A DNA stretch of 64,000 bases from a virus. The notes under the pieces were generated by a model. It saw only the letters and a program-made list of their open reading frames with translations, had not been told where the DNA came from and made no database searches. Numbering within the stretch: the first letter of the stretch is position 1; every line of letters starts with the position of its first letter. The stretch is from IMG/VR virus record IMGVR_UViG_3300022927_002861, positions 4,554 through 68,553 of that record; one strand, written 5' to 3'. Below, piece after piece: positions 40,844-49,082 of the stretch. Position numbers and translations under genes: made by a program.

Positions 40844-41585
40844 ACCAAATTTTAAAATAAATTACTCTAGAGACCAAAACGGTCTTATTGAAAATGTAAA
40901 TTACCAATTTAACGACGATGGCTCAATCAATTGGCGAGCGATGGTTAAAGACGAACATTTATTTCCTAATCGCAGCTGGTTCGATTCTAGAAAAAAAACA
41001 TGCCCCAAAAGTATAGATGGCTTAGAAGACCATCAGTTGCTTATTAAATTATCTGGGATCAAAGAGTTGGCTAAACTTAGAGGTTTTACTGAAGTGAAAT
41101 ATGATTTTATTAAATGCGAACAGGATCATGTTGCTACAGTTTGCTCCATCATGTTTATACCAAACTATGAAACAATTAATCAGCCCGTCTTGTTCCAAGA
41201 TTCAGCTAACGCCACACTTAATAACACAAGCAGTTTTGCGACTAAATTTTTAGAGACTATAGCTTGCAATAGGGCGTTTGTCAGGTGTGTTAGAAATTTT
41301 TTAAATGTACATATTGTTGGCGACGATGAAATAGATAAATCTAATTCATCAAATATGCTTAACGACTCTCAAGGATCTGACTCCTTATCTCCGAACAACT
41401 TATTGAAACAACAGGCTTTCAAATGTGGTTATAATGATTTTGATTCTTTCATGAACTTATTAAGGTCCTGGCACAATAATGGAAAATATTTAATGCCCTC
41501 TAGCGCGGACCCTAAATCTTGGAATGATTTTTCAGACATACCAGCAAAGCAGGCTAGAGAATTTTTAAAATTAATTAAGGAATAA
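40836..41585 (+). CDS. Putative Rad52/RecT-like single-strand annealing protein
   Basis: 'LIKLSGIKELA' and 'ETIACNRAFVRCVRNFLNV..VGDDEI' helix pattern. Confidence 0.45.
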   Translation: MTKPNFKINYSRDQNGLIENVNYQFNDDGSINWRAMVKDEHLFPNRSWFDSRKKTCPKSIDGLEDHQLLIKLSGIKELAKLRGFTEVKYDFIKCEQDHVATVCSIMFIPNYETINQPVLFQDSANATLNNTSSFATKFLETIACNRAFVRCVRNFLNVHIVGDDEIDKSNSSNMLNDSQGSDSLSPNNLLKQQAFKCGYNDFDSFMNLLRSWHNNGKYLMPSSADPKSWNDFSDIPAKQAREFLKLIKE

Positions 41586-41616
41586 CCCCACACGGTATCA
41601 ATTAATTATTTTAATT

Positions 41617-42153
41617 GTGAATATTTTAAATAAAACCAAAACTTATTTGGTCGGGCATATGCAGTATTTAAATGGTCGAAATTGGAGAGAAGAAGTTTCC
41701 TCTAAATTAGAGCCGATAGGTATAACATGTTTTGATCCTTATAAAAAGCCTTTTGTTAAAGATGTTGATGAAAGTGAATCTGCGCGTGAAGACATGGAAA
41801 CATGGTCTAAAAACGAACAATATGATCTTTTGACCAATAAAATGAAAACCATTCGGTCTTATGATCTAAATTTAGTTGATCGTTCAGATTTTATCATAGC
41901 TCATCTTGTCCCTGATGTTGCCTCATGGGGAAGTGCGGAAGAGATAGTCACTGCCGTACGCATGAAAAAACCAATTTTTATAAGTATGCAGGGCGGTAAA
42001 ACCAAAACTCCATTATGGTTATTTGGAATGATTCCTCATAAATATATATATAATTCTATTTCTGAAATTATTGATATGATTTATTTTATAAATTCAGGTC
42101 GAAAAGAAATTGACTCAGATAGATGGAGACTTTTGCAAGAAAAATATAGATAA
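41617..42153 (+). CDS. Nucleoside 2-deoxyribosyltransferase-like / nucleotide hydrolase
   Basis: 'YLVGHM', 'NWRE', 'FDPY', 'DLNLVDRSDFIIA', 'SWGSAEE', 'KKPIF'. Confidence 0.7.
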   Translation: MNILNKTKTYLVGHMQYLNGRNWREEVSSKLEPIGITCFDPYKKPFVKDVDESESAREDMETWSKNEQYDLLTNKMKTIRSYDLNLVDRSDFIIAHLVPDVASWGSAEEIVTAVRMKKPIFISMQGGKTKTPLWLFGMIPHKYIYNSISEIIDMIYFINSGRKEIDSDRWRLLQEKYR

Positions 42154-42167
42154 AAATATAGATAAAA

Positions 42168-42746
42168 ATGTACAGTTTATCTAATAAATTTATTTTTTTT
42201 CACCCTGGTCGGAGTGGAGGGACTTCTATTAAAAAATTTCTTGCTCAAAATTTTAAAGACTGCACGAGGTGTGGTCACAAAAGTCTATCACACATTGAGC
42301 GTTTAGTTAGTGATGCTGGCTACAATCCACATGAATTTAAAAAAATAACCTGCGTTAGAAATCCTTGGGATCGAATGGTTTCTAATTATTTCCACACATT
42401 AAAGCACAATAAAATTCCCGAAACTCATTTGCTTATTCAAATCAAAAACTTTAGAGAAAATTTAAGAGCTATCTTGCAAGATAGACCCATGACAGACAAT
42501 CTCTACCATAACTTTTTCCCTAATTATGAAGATTTTGATTTTGTTGTGAGGCTTGAAAATATTCATAAAGATATGAAATCTTTATGTGAAATTCTATGTA
42601 TTGATTATATTTTTTTAGACAAATCCAATTCCTCTAATCCAGGAATTCCTTATAATCTTTTTTACGATAAAGAATCTAGCGAATTAATAGAAAAGTATTT
42701 TTATAGATGCATTGAGAAGTTTGACTATAAATCACCTGATTACTAA
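42168..42746 (+). CDS. Sulfotransferase (Sulfotransfer_2-like)
   Basis: 5'-PSB-like 'FHPGRSGGTSI', 3'-PB 'VRNPWDRMVSNY', 'DFVVRLENI'. Confidence 0.8.
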   Translation: MYSLSNKFIFFHPGRSGGTSIKKFLAQNFKDCTRCGHKSLSHIERLVSDAGYNPHEFKKITCVRNPWDRMVSNYFHTLKHNKIPETHLLIQIKNFRENLRAILQDRPMTDNLYHNFFPNYEDFDFVVRLENIHKDMKSLCEILCIDYIFLDKSNSSNPGIPYNLFYDKESSELIEKYFYRCIEKFDYKSPDY

Positions 42747-43040
42747 ATAATTTAATTGGCTAATTATTTTTTGATAATTAGAATAATTAATTCTATTCAC
42801 ATTGATGTTTCCTCTTTCTTTTCTCAAGGAAATTCCTTCTACTGTATATGTTCTCACAAAATCTTCGACAAAATCTAAAGCGCATTTATCCTTCAGCCAT
42901 TTATAATAAAAGTCCCTTTCTTCTCGCAAACATTCTATAACTATTTCTTGATTTAAAAATGTTTTTGCATGTAAAGTTATGTCTCTAAATAAAGTCACTT
43001 CGCTGGGCGGAGCTGTAAGTTCTGCATAAATCACTAACAT
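42732..43040 (-). CDS. Hypothetical protein (one of few minus-strand genes)
   Basis: 102-aa ORF filling a gap with no + strand gene. Confidence 0.65.
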   Translation of the reverse strand: MLVIYAELTAPPSEVTLFRDITLHAKTFLNQEIVIECLREERDFYYKWLKDKCALDFVEDFVRTYTVEGISLRKERGNINVNRINYSNYQKIISQLNYLVIR

Positions 43041-43060
43041 TAATAGACTTATTTAAATTC

Positions 43061-43088
43061 TTGTGTACTATATATAGTATATACACAA
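43061..43088. promoter_or_regulatory. Palindromic element with two inverted GTGTA motifs between divergent genes
   Basis: TTGTGTA-CTATATATAGTATA-TACACAA; inner perfect palindrome TACTATATATAGTA at 43066-43079. Confidence 0.55.
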
Positions 43089-43098
43089 AAGTTTTATT

Positions 43099-43305
43099 AT
43101 GAATCGTCATGAAATAGATTTTAGTTTAGAAATTGAAAAAGCTATAGTAGAATCAGAAGCAGAGCGCAAAGGTTTGTGGCACAATATTAGAGAAAAGAGA
43201 AAGAGAGAAGGTAAAAATTATCGCCCAGCAAAGCTTGGAGATAAAGATCGCCCCGATCCAGAAGCATATAAAAAAGCACAAGAGAAAAAACCAAAAGCTG
43301 ATTAA
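43099..43305 (+). CDS. Small basic hypothetical phage protein
   Basis: 'KGLWHNIREKRKR..PAKLGDKDRP'. Confidence 0.65.
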   Translation: MNRHEIDFSLEIEKAIVESEAERKGLWHNIREKRKREGKNYRPAKLGDKDRPDPEAYKKAQEKKPKAD

Positions 43306-43307
43306 AA

Positions 43308-44240
43308 ATGAAAAAAATATTAGTCACTGGAGGATTAGGCTTCATTGGCTCTAATTTCATCAAGCATATCTTTAACAAGTATGACTATGATATCAACAAT
43401 GTTGATGTTAAAACATATGCAGCAAACTACAATAACATCAGCGAAGAAATTAATCAATCAGGTAGATACAGTTTATCAATTTGTGATATAAATGACACAG
43501 ATCGACTTCGCAATTTAATACAAAAAAACAATATAAACTATATTGTCAATTTTGCCGCAGAGAGCCATGTAGATAATAGTATAAATGACTCAACCCCTTT
43601 TGTTCAGGCCAATATAAATGGAACTCATTCCTTATTAAGTTTGCTTCACGATTGTCCCAGTATCGAGAGATACCTTCAAGTGTCCACAGACGAGGTATAT
43701 GGCAGTTTAAGGGAAGAGGATGATGCTTTTACCGAAAACACTCCATTGCAAGCAAATAGCCCCTATTCAGCAAGCAAGGCGAGTGCAGATTTATTATGTC
43801 GCAGTTTTTATGAGACTTTCGATTACCCTATTTTAATTACTCGCTGTTCAAACAATTACGGACCAAATCAACACGAAGAAAAATTAATTCCATTAATGAT
43901 TAAAAATGCTAAGGCAGGCAAAAAACTTCCTGTTTATGGTGATGGTAGAAATATTCGTGACTGGATTCATGTTTCAGATCATTGCTCTGGTATCGATGCA
44001 GTATTACATGGTGGGAAAATTGGTGAAGTTTACAATATCGGTGGCAAAAATGAAGTTCGTAACATTGACATAGTAAAAACCATTCTAAATCTTTTAGATA
44101 AAGATGAAGATCAAATAGAATTCGTAAAAGATAGATTAGGTCACGATTGGCGTTATGCAATTGATAATACTAAAATTCAAAACGAATTAAATTGGTTTCC
44201 AAGTGTAGATTTTGAAGACGGATTAAAACAATTATTATGA
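43308..44240 (+). CDS. rmlB: dTDP-glucose 4,6-dehydratase
   Basis: 'TGGLGFIGSNF', 'FAAESHVDNSI', 'VSTDEVYG', 'SPYSASKA', 'NNYGP', 'DRLGHDWRYA'. Confidence 0.95.
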   Translation: MKKILVTGGLGFIGSNFIKHIFNKYDYDINNVDVKTYAANYNNISEEINQSGRYSLSICDINDTDRLRNLIQKNNINYIVNFAAESHVDNSINDSTPFVQANINGTHSLLSLLHDCPSIERYLQVSTDEVYGSLREEDDAFTENTPLQANSPYSASKASADLLCRSFYETFDYPILITRCSNNYGPNQHEEKLIPLMIKNAKAGKKLPVYGDGRNIRDWIHVSDHCSGIDAVLHGGKIGEVYNIGGKNEVRNIDIVKTILNLLDKDEDQIEFVKDRLGHDWRYAIDNTKIQNELNWFPSVDFEDGLKQLL

Positions 44241-44671
44241 ATAAAGAAATAGTAGGATTTACAGCGGGAAATTTTGATTTATTGCATCCAGGTTATATTT
44301 ATACTTTTGAAGAAGCAAAACGACATTGTGATCGTTTTTTAGTGTTTTTACAGAAAGATCCAAGTGCTACACGATTCACAAAATATAAGCCTGTCATACC
44401 ATACTACGAACGCTACAAAGCATTAATGGCTATAAAATACATAGACGAAGTATATATGTATCAAACAGAAGAAGAGCTGGTTGACTTAATCAAATTTTGG
44501 AAACCTGATGTTCGCATACTTGGGGAAGATTATATTGGTAAAAGTTTTACGGGGGATGATCTTCCTCCTCGTGTAATATATACTACTCGCTCACATGAAT
44601 GGTCAACCACTCGACTTAAAGATTTAATTACCAAACAAACAATCAAACAAAACCCCGATATCTTAAAATAA
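44237..44671 (+). CDS. Cytidylyltransferase (TagD-like)
   Basis: 'GNFDLLHPGY', 'YIDEV', 'LGEDY', 'RSHEWSTT'. Confidence 0.85.
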   Translation: MNKEIVGFTAGNFDLLHPGYIYTFEEAKRHCDRFLVFLQKDPSATRFTKYKPVIPYYERYKALMAIKYIDEVYMYQTEEELVDLIKFWKPDVRILGEDYIGKSFTGDDLPPRVIYTTRSHEWSTTRLKDLITKQTIKQNPDILK

Positions 44672-44673
44672 TT

Positions 44674-45204
44674 ATGGCAGGAATAAGTACAGACAAAGAA
44701 AAACTAAATTGCACTCTAGAAAAAGCTTGCAGTATTTTACACAAAAACGACATCAATGATTGGTTTATATTTTTTGGCACGTTACTTGGAATTGTTAGGG
44801 AAAATAGTTGCATACAAGGAGATGATGATTTAGACATCATGATCAATTGCGATTATCAAAAATTACGTTCTGCGTTTGAGGCAGAAGGTTTTAGATTTAC
44901 TTCTAGATTTGGCATTAAAAACCCAGATACAATTTTAAAAACAGAGCCTTGTGATAAATATGCATCTTTTGATTTCTATATGTGTAATGTAAACGAATCT
45001 GGAGATTTTCATACACCCTGGCATGGAGTTGTCTCAACCGACTCTTATGTAAATGTAGACACTAAAACTTTTATATATAAAGAATGGTCATCAACAGTTC
45101 TTCAATTGCCTAACAATTATGAGAGTAAAGTAATAAACATGTATGGTTCTAACTGGAAAGTTCCACGATCTGGATCTTGTAGAATGCACATAGGTAAAGT
45201 TTAA
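44674..45204 (+). CDS. LicD-family phosphotransferase
   Basis: 'FGTLLGIVRE..IQGDDDLDI', 'YGSNWKVP'. Confidence 0.85.
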   Translation: MAGISTDKEKLNCTLEKACSILHKNDINDWFIFFGTLLGIVRENSCIQGDDDLDIMINCDYQKLRSAFEAEGFRFTSRFGIKNPDTILKTEPCDKYASFDFYMCNVNESGDFHTPWHGVVSTDSYVNVDTKTFIYKEWSSTVLQLPNNYESKVINMYGSNWKVPRSGSCRMHIGKV

Positions 45205-45205
45205 A

Positions 45206-45868
45206 ATGGATAAACAATATTGGGATAAATTTTATAAAAATTTCTCGCTTAGAAAAGATATATCTGAATGTAGCACTTTTGCTAGTTTTTGTTGTGATAA
45301 TTTTTTCCACAAAGAATCAAAAACAATTGTAGATCTTGGTTGCGGAAATGCAAGAGATGCACTGTTCTTTGCAGAACAAGAGCATTATGTTTTAGCTGTA
45401 GATCAATCAATAGATGATAAAGTTAAAGCACAAAAATCTCATATTAATCTTGATTTCTTGGAATCGGATTTTATTCGCCCGAAATACTACTTTGATGATG
45501 GAGAAACTTCTTATTATCATCCAACTGCTAATAAAATTGATGTTTTTTATTCTAGATTTACAATTCACTCAATCACACAGGAAGATCAAAAAGAATTATT
45601 GCCTAAAGTTTATAATCTCTTAGATACGGGAGGGTTGTTTTGTATTGAAGTTCGCACAACCAAAGATCCAAAATTTGGAGTAGGTAACCATATATGTGAC
45701 ACAACATATTTTAACGATGGACACACTCGTAGATTCGTAGATTCACAAAAATTTTTAAATACAGTTTTATCTCTTGGATTTAAATTACTTTATTTTAATG
45801 AGCGAGGCAATTTGTCTATCTATAAAGATGATAATCCTGTTTTAATGAGAATAATTTTAGAGAAATGA
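45206..45868 (+). CDS. Class I SAM-dependent methyltransferase
   Basis: 'YWDKFY', 'VDLGCGNARDA', 'YSRFTIHSI', 'GGLFCIE'. Confidence 0.85.
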   Translation: MDKQYWDKFYKNFSLRKDISECSTFASFCCDNFFHKESKTIVDLGCGNARDALFFAEQEHYVLAVDQSIDDKVKAQKSHINLDFLESDFIRPKYYFDDGETSYYHPTANKIDVFYSRFTIHSITQEDQKELLPKVYNLLDTGGLFCIEVRTTKDPKFGVGNHICDTTYFNDGHTRRFVDSQKFLNTVLSLGFKLLYFNERGNLSIYKDDNPVLMRIILEK

Positions 45869-46377
45869 TTAGTGGTAAATATTCATATGGCAACCCTGAA
45901 CACATTCCATTGAGGGGAGGTTCATATACAATAGGGTCTTTTTGCTCAATAGCTAATGGTGTAAAAATACACACAGGCAAAGGAGGTCACAGAACAAATT
46001 ATGTATCAACTTATCCTTTTGGCTTTATTCATCGAAACAAATTTCCTAATGATACTAACAAGCAGTTGCTAGACGATCAAGGGGATGTAACAATAGGGAA
46101 TGACGTATGGATAGGTCAAAATGCTACTATAATGTCTGGAGTCACTATTGGGGATGGAGCGGTTATTGCAAACAATAGTCATGTTGTAAAAAATGTAGAT
46201 CCCTATGCTGTGGTTGGTGGAAACCCTGCTCAACTAATAAAATATCGATTCAGCAATGACATTATCGATAAACTATTAGAAATTAAATGGTGGGAATGGT
46301 CTGACGAAAAAATCAAAGAAAATATTAATCTTATATGTTCTCCAGATATATATAAATTTATAAAATCATGTACATAA
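45865..46377 (+). CDS. Hexapeptide-repeat O-acetyltransferase (CatB/Vat-like fold)
   Basis: 'IGSFCSIA', 'IGNDVWIG', 'GVTIGDGAVI', 'VVGGNPA', 'IKWWEW'. Confidence 0.88.
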   Translation: MISGKYSYGNPEHIPLRGGSYTIGSFCSIANGVKIHTGKGGHRTNYVSTYPFGFIHRNKFPNDTNKQLLDDQGDVTIGNDVWIGQNATIMSGVTIGDGAVIANNSHVVKNVDPYAVVGGNPAQLIKYRFSNDIIDKLLEIKWWEWSDEKIKENINLICSPDIYKFIKSCT

Positions 46378-46395
46378 TAAAGTGTAATATGGTGT

Positions 46396-46935
46396 GTGGA
46401 GCTTTGCAATAATACACCAGCTATAAAATGTTTTTTAAGGAGAGAATTTGTCTCCAACTCTGAAAACATACCCGATCATTTAAATTGTGTAATTTTCGGC
46501 GTTCACACAATTAAAAATCAAGCTATGACATTCGTAGCTATGATTGAAAATGGAGCAGTATATACAAAGCTACCCTTACATGCCTTTTGTTGGCTCAAGA
46601 AAGCTCCACAAAGAGACTTATCATTCTTAATGACTTACGACTCATTCAGCTACTCTAATAGCGTTATTGAATACGATTACCTCAAATATATGAATTGTAA
46701 GTTTTTTGATGACAATAAAGAATTTCATCATGGTCAATATATGTTTACTCTAGAACCTTATGGCTCAGATCGTGCAGAAGACCCAAAGTTTTACAAACCA
46801 TTTCATTTTATCAAATTAAACGAGGGCAATTTTGCCGCGCAACCAACAAATAAGATCATATGGGATGACCATATAGTAAATGATAGTGTAAAATTTATAC
46901 CTAAACCTAATACAGAAATATATAATGTAGAATAA
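46396..46935 (+). CDS. Hypothetical phage protein
   Basis: GTG start 9 nt after GTGTA; 'GAVYTKLPLHAF', 'GNFAAQPTNKIIW'. Confidence 0.65.
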   Translation: MELCNNTPAIKCFLRREFVSNSENIPDHLNCVIFGVHTIKNQAMTFVAMIENGAVYTKLPLHAFCWLKKAPQRDLSFLMTYDSFSYSNSVIEYDYLKYMNCKFFDDNKEFHHGQYMFTLEPYGSDRAEDPKFYKPFHFIKLNEGNFAAQPTNKIIWDDHIVNDSVKFIPKPNTEIYNVE

Positions 46936-46980
46936 AAAGAAAAGATTTTTAAAATAGAATTAAAAGGTTATAAATTTTAA

Positions 46981-47061
46981 ATGAAAATCGCAACATTAGG
47001 TAGCCGTCAAGCAATGTCACTAAATTGGTATGTACATCAATTTCCTTTTGGAGAAAATTGA
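46981..47061 (+). pseudogene. Truncated 5' remnant paralogous to the gene at 49083
   Basis: MKIATLGSRQAMSLNWYVHQFPFGEN* versus MKIATLGSCQAMISSWYIRQLFP; DNA nearly identical over the first 36 nt. Confidence 0.75.
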
Positions 47062-47738
47062 TGAACTTTGTTTACTATCATTATTATTGCACGGAATTAT
47101 CTTTTGATATTTTACTGCAAACTTTAAATTCCATCAAGCAATCGGAATTGTATGATAATATTGAGTCCATTACAATTAATATTACGGGAGATAATAATAG
47201 CGATCATTATTTCAAAATCAAAGAGAAAATTTGTCCCAACTTCAAGAAAGTAAGTCTAGTAAAATTTAGAAGCTTAGAATTACAAAAATACATGAATTCC
47301 TTCTCGGATCTTGAAATAAAAAACAACTATAGACTGAGCATAGGTAAAAAAGGTGATGAATTAGATACCTTAAAATATTTACACTCAGATATTGTTACCC
47401 ATAACTTAGATGGCAATGTTTTATACTTGCACGGCAAGGGCTCTGTTCATACAAGCTACTTTGCTCATAAAAAAATGGATCGAGAACAATGGAGATTAGA
47501 AATGATTGAATTTGTAATTCAAAAATGGCAAACATGCATTCAGTCACTAAAAACAAAACCCCACACAGGTATAAATTTTACTGGTGATCATTACAGTGGT
47601 AATTTTTGGTGGGCGACTGGTGAACATATTAAAACCTTACAATGTCCAATCGAGTATGTGAAATCTAATAAATTTTCAGAGTGCAAATTAAAACAATCTC
47701 CACATTATAGTGCAGAGTACTGGTTGTGTTCACTATGA
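47061..47738 (+). CDS. Putative glycosyltransferase-like protein
   Basis: 'ELDTL', 'VLYLHGKG', 'HYSGNFWWA', 'AEYWL'; ATG overlaps the remnant's TGA. Confidence 0.6.
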   Translation: MNFVYYHYYCTELSFDILLQTLNSIKQSELYDNIESITINITGDNNSDHYFKIKEKICPNFKKVSLVKFRSLELQKYMNSFSDLEIKNNYRLSIGKKGDELDTLKYLHSDIVTHNLDGNVLYLHGKGSVHTSYFAHKKMDREQWRLEMIEFVIQKWQTCIQSLKTKPHTGINFTGDHYSGNFWWATGEHIKTLQCPIEYVKSNKFSECKLKQSPHYSAEYWLCSL

Positions 47739-47748
47739 AAAAATTATA

Positions 47749-48543
47749 ATGAAAATATTTTATGACCATGTTATTTCTAAGCAAGCTGATACAGACTTTA
47801 ATTATACTCTAATTTCTGCTTGGGTTGATAGTGGTGAAGAGGATGAAGCTCTAGCTACGGGTTGGTTACCTACTTACTTTTATACTGATGATTGTGAATT
47901 TTCGAAAGAGAGCGAGGTAAATAAACGTCAAATTTGGTGTCAATTAAGAAGCACAAGAATCGAGTGTGAAAAGTTTCGCGCAAAAAGTAAGCATTTAAAA
48001 GCATTAAAATTAGAAAACTTTAAGTATCAAATAATAGAACAAAAAGACATATATGGAGATTTAAATGTTCTATCTACCCTTTATCAAATATACAATAAAT
48101 ATGTCGCCTACAAAAATTATAAAGACATACTAGATAAAGATGGTTTTATTAAACATATAATTGATGATAGTAGTCATTTTATTTTATTTATGATTGATGA
48201 TAGAATTGTAGCTTGTACTGCGATGCAACAATTTGGTAATAGTTTTGTTTCGGGATTGTTTTTTTGGGACTATGCAAATAAAGAGTTGTCTCTAGGAAAT
48301 TTATCTAATCATCTCGAAGTTGAACTTTCAAGAAAGCATGGTTTCAAATATTTATATATCGGTGTGTATAGCGAAATACCTTCTCAATACAAATCGTACA
48401 TCAAAGGAGTACAAGTTTGGACAGGAAGAAAATGGCTATCAAATAAACGACAATTAATAAATATCGCACAGAATGACTCCAACAGTAATACGTTAGAAGA
48501 TTTTGTAGATTACGATAAATTTCAAAAACTACTTGAATTTTAA
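47749..48543 (+). CDS. ATE1/Bpt-like aminoacyl-tRNA-protein transferase
   Basis: 'ALATGW', 'RSTRI', 'FFWDY..LSLG..EVELSRKHGFKYLYIG..YKS..VWTG.KW' match the ATE C-domain pattern; start set at ATG 47749. Confidence 0.72.
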   Translation: MKIFYDHVISKQADTDFNYTLISAWVDSGEEDEALATGWLPTYFYTDDCEFSKESEVNKRQIWCQLRSTRIECEKFRAKSKHLKALKLENFKYQIIEQKDIYGDLNVLSTLYQIYNKYVAYKNYKDILDKDGFIKHIIDDSSHFILFMIDDRIVACTAMQQFGNSFVSGLFFWDYANKELSLGNLSNHLEVELSRKHGFKYLYIGVYSEIPSQYKSYIKGVQVWTGRKWLSNKRQLINIAQNDSNSNTLEDFVDYDKFQKLLEF

Positions 48544-48561
48544 TTGTTTATTTGATATACT
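48533..48561 (+). promoter_or_regulatory. Sigma70-type promoter of tmRNA
   Basis: TTGAAT-17 nt-TATACT with TGn, 23 nt before the mature 5' end. Confidence 0.65.
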
Positions 48562-48584
48562 ATTATAGTTCTTTAAAATTTTAC

Positions 48585-49026
48585 GGGCGTGTACTGGATT
48601 TGATTTAATTCTGATCAATATGCTGCAAGTCGGAGATGTGTCTGGCTCCGATATCAAGACACAAAAGCTATATATGGCGAAGGTTATTATAGCATTGAAG
48701 AGCTTCTCGAAGCTGCTCGCGAAGAGTACGACAACCTCGTGCAATTCGAGCAAGCTGAAGAGCTTGAGATGGTAGCTTAAAGACTACCCCCTCACAACTT
48801 TTGACGCAGATAAAAGGATTGTGGGGTCATCAATCTGCAAAACAGATAAAAGTTTATCCGTTTCAAAAACTGCACCACTGAGTATTCGGGGGCCTCAAGT
48901 TTGAGTGAATAATTGAAATGGTTAGTTGGATGTTTATATCATAACTCTAAAAAAAATAAACTAAACTTGTAGATGTATATTTTTGAAGCTTTAAAGACAG
49001 CGGTTCGACTCCGCTCACGTCCACCA
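48585..49026 (+). ncRNA. ssrA: tmRNA (transfer-messenger RNA), one-piece, 442 nt
   Basis: 5' GGGCGTG pairs with 3' CACGTCC-A-CCA including G3.U70; T-arm AGCGG-TTCGACT-CCGCT; PK1 (CGGAG/CTCCG and GTGTCT/AGACAC); tag ORF ends in a GGTAG/CTACC hairpin. Confidence 0.96.
48676..48780 (+). other. tmRNA tag reading frame (A)GEGYYSIEELLEAAREEYDNLVQFEQAEELEMVA*
   Basis: Resume codon GGC follows PK1 with UA at -5/-4; TAA lies in the helix-5-like loop. Confidence 0.8.
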
Positions 49027-49082
49027 TTTTCATGTGTATTATAATATAATACAATCAAATCTAAAACCACATAAAAACAACT

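Noticed and set aside
42140-42169. AAAAATATAGAT 12-bp tandem duplication at a gene junction
   Set aside because: Low-complexity AT sequence; it may be slippage or a scar but is too weak to interpret
45865-46377. CatB/Vat antibiotic-resistance gene
   Set aside because: The fold is shared with sugar O-acetyltransferases, and the gene lies in a glycan cassette
48529-48753. 74-aa minus-strand ORF
   Set aside because: It is antisense to the tmRNA and its tag frame, so it is a shadow ORF
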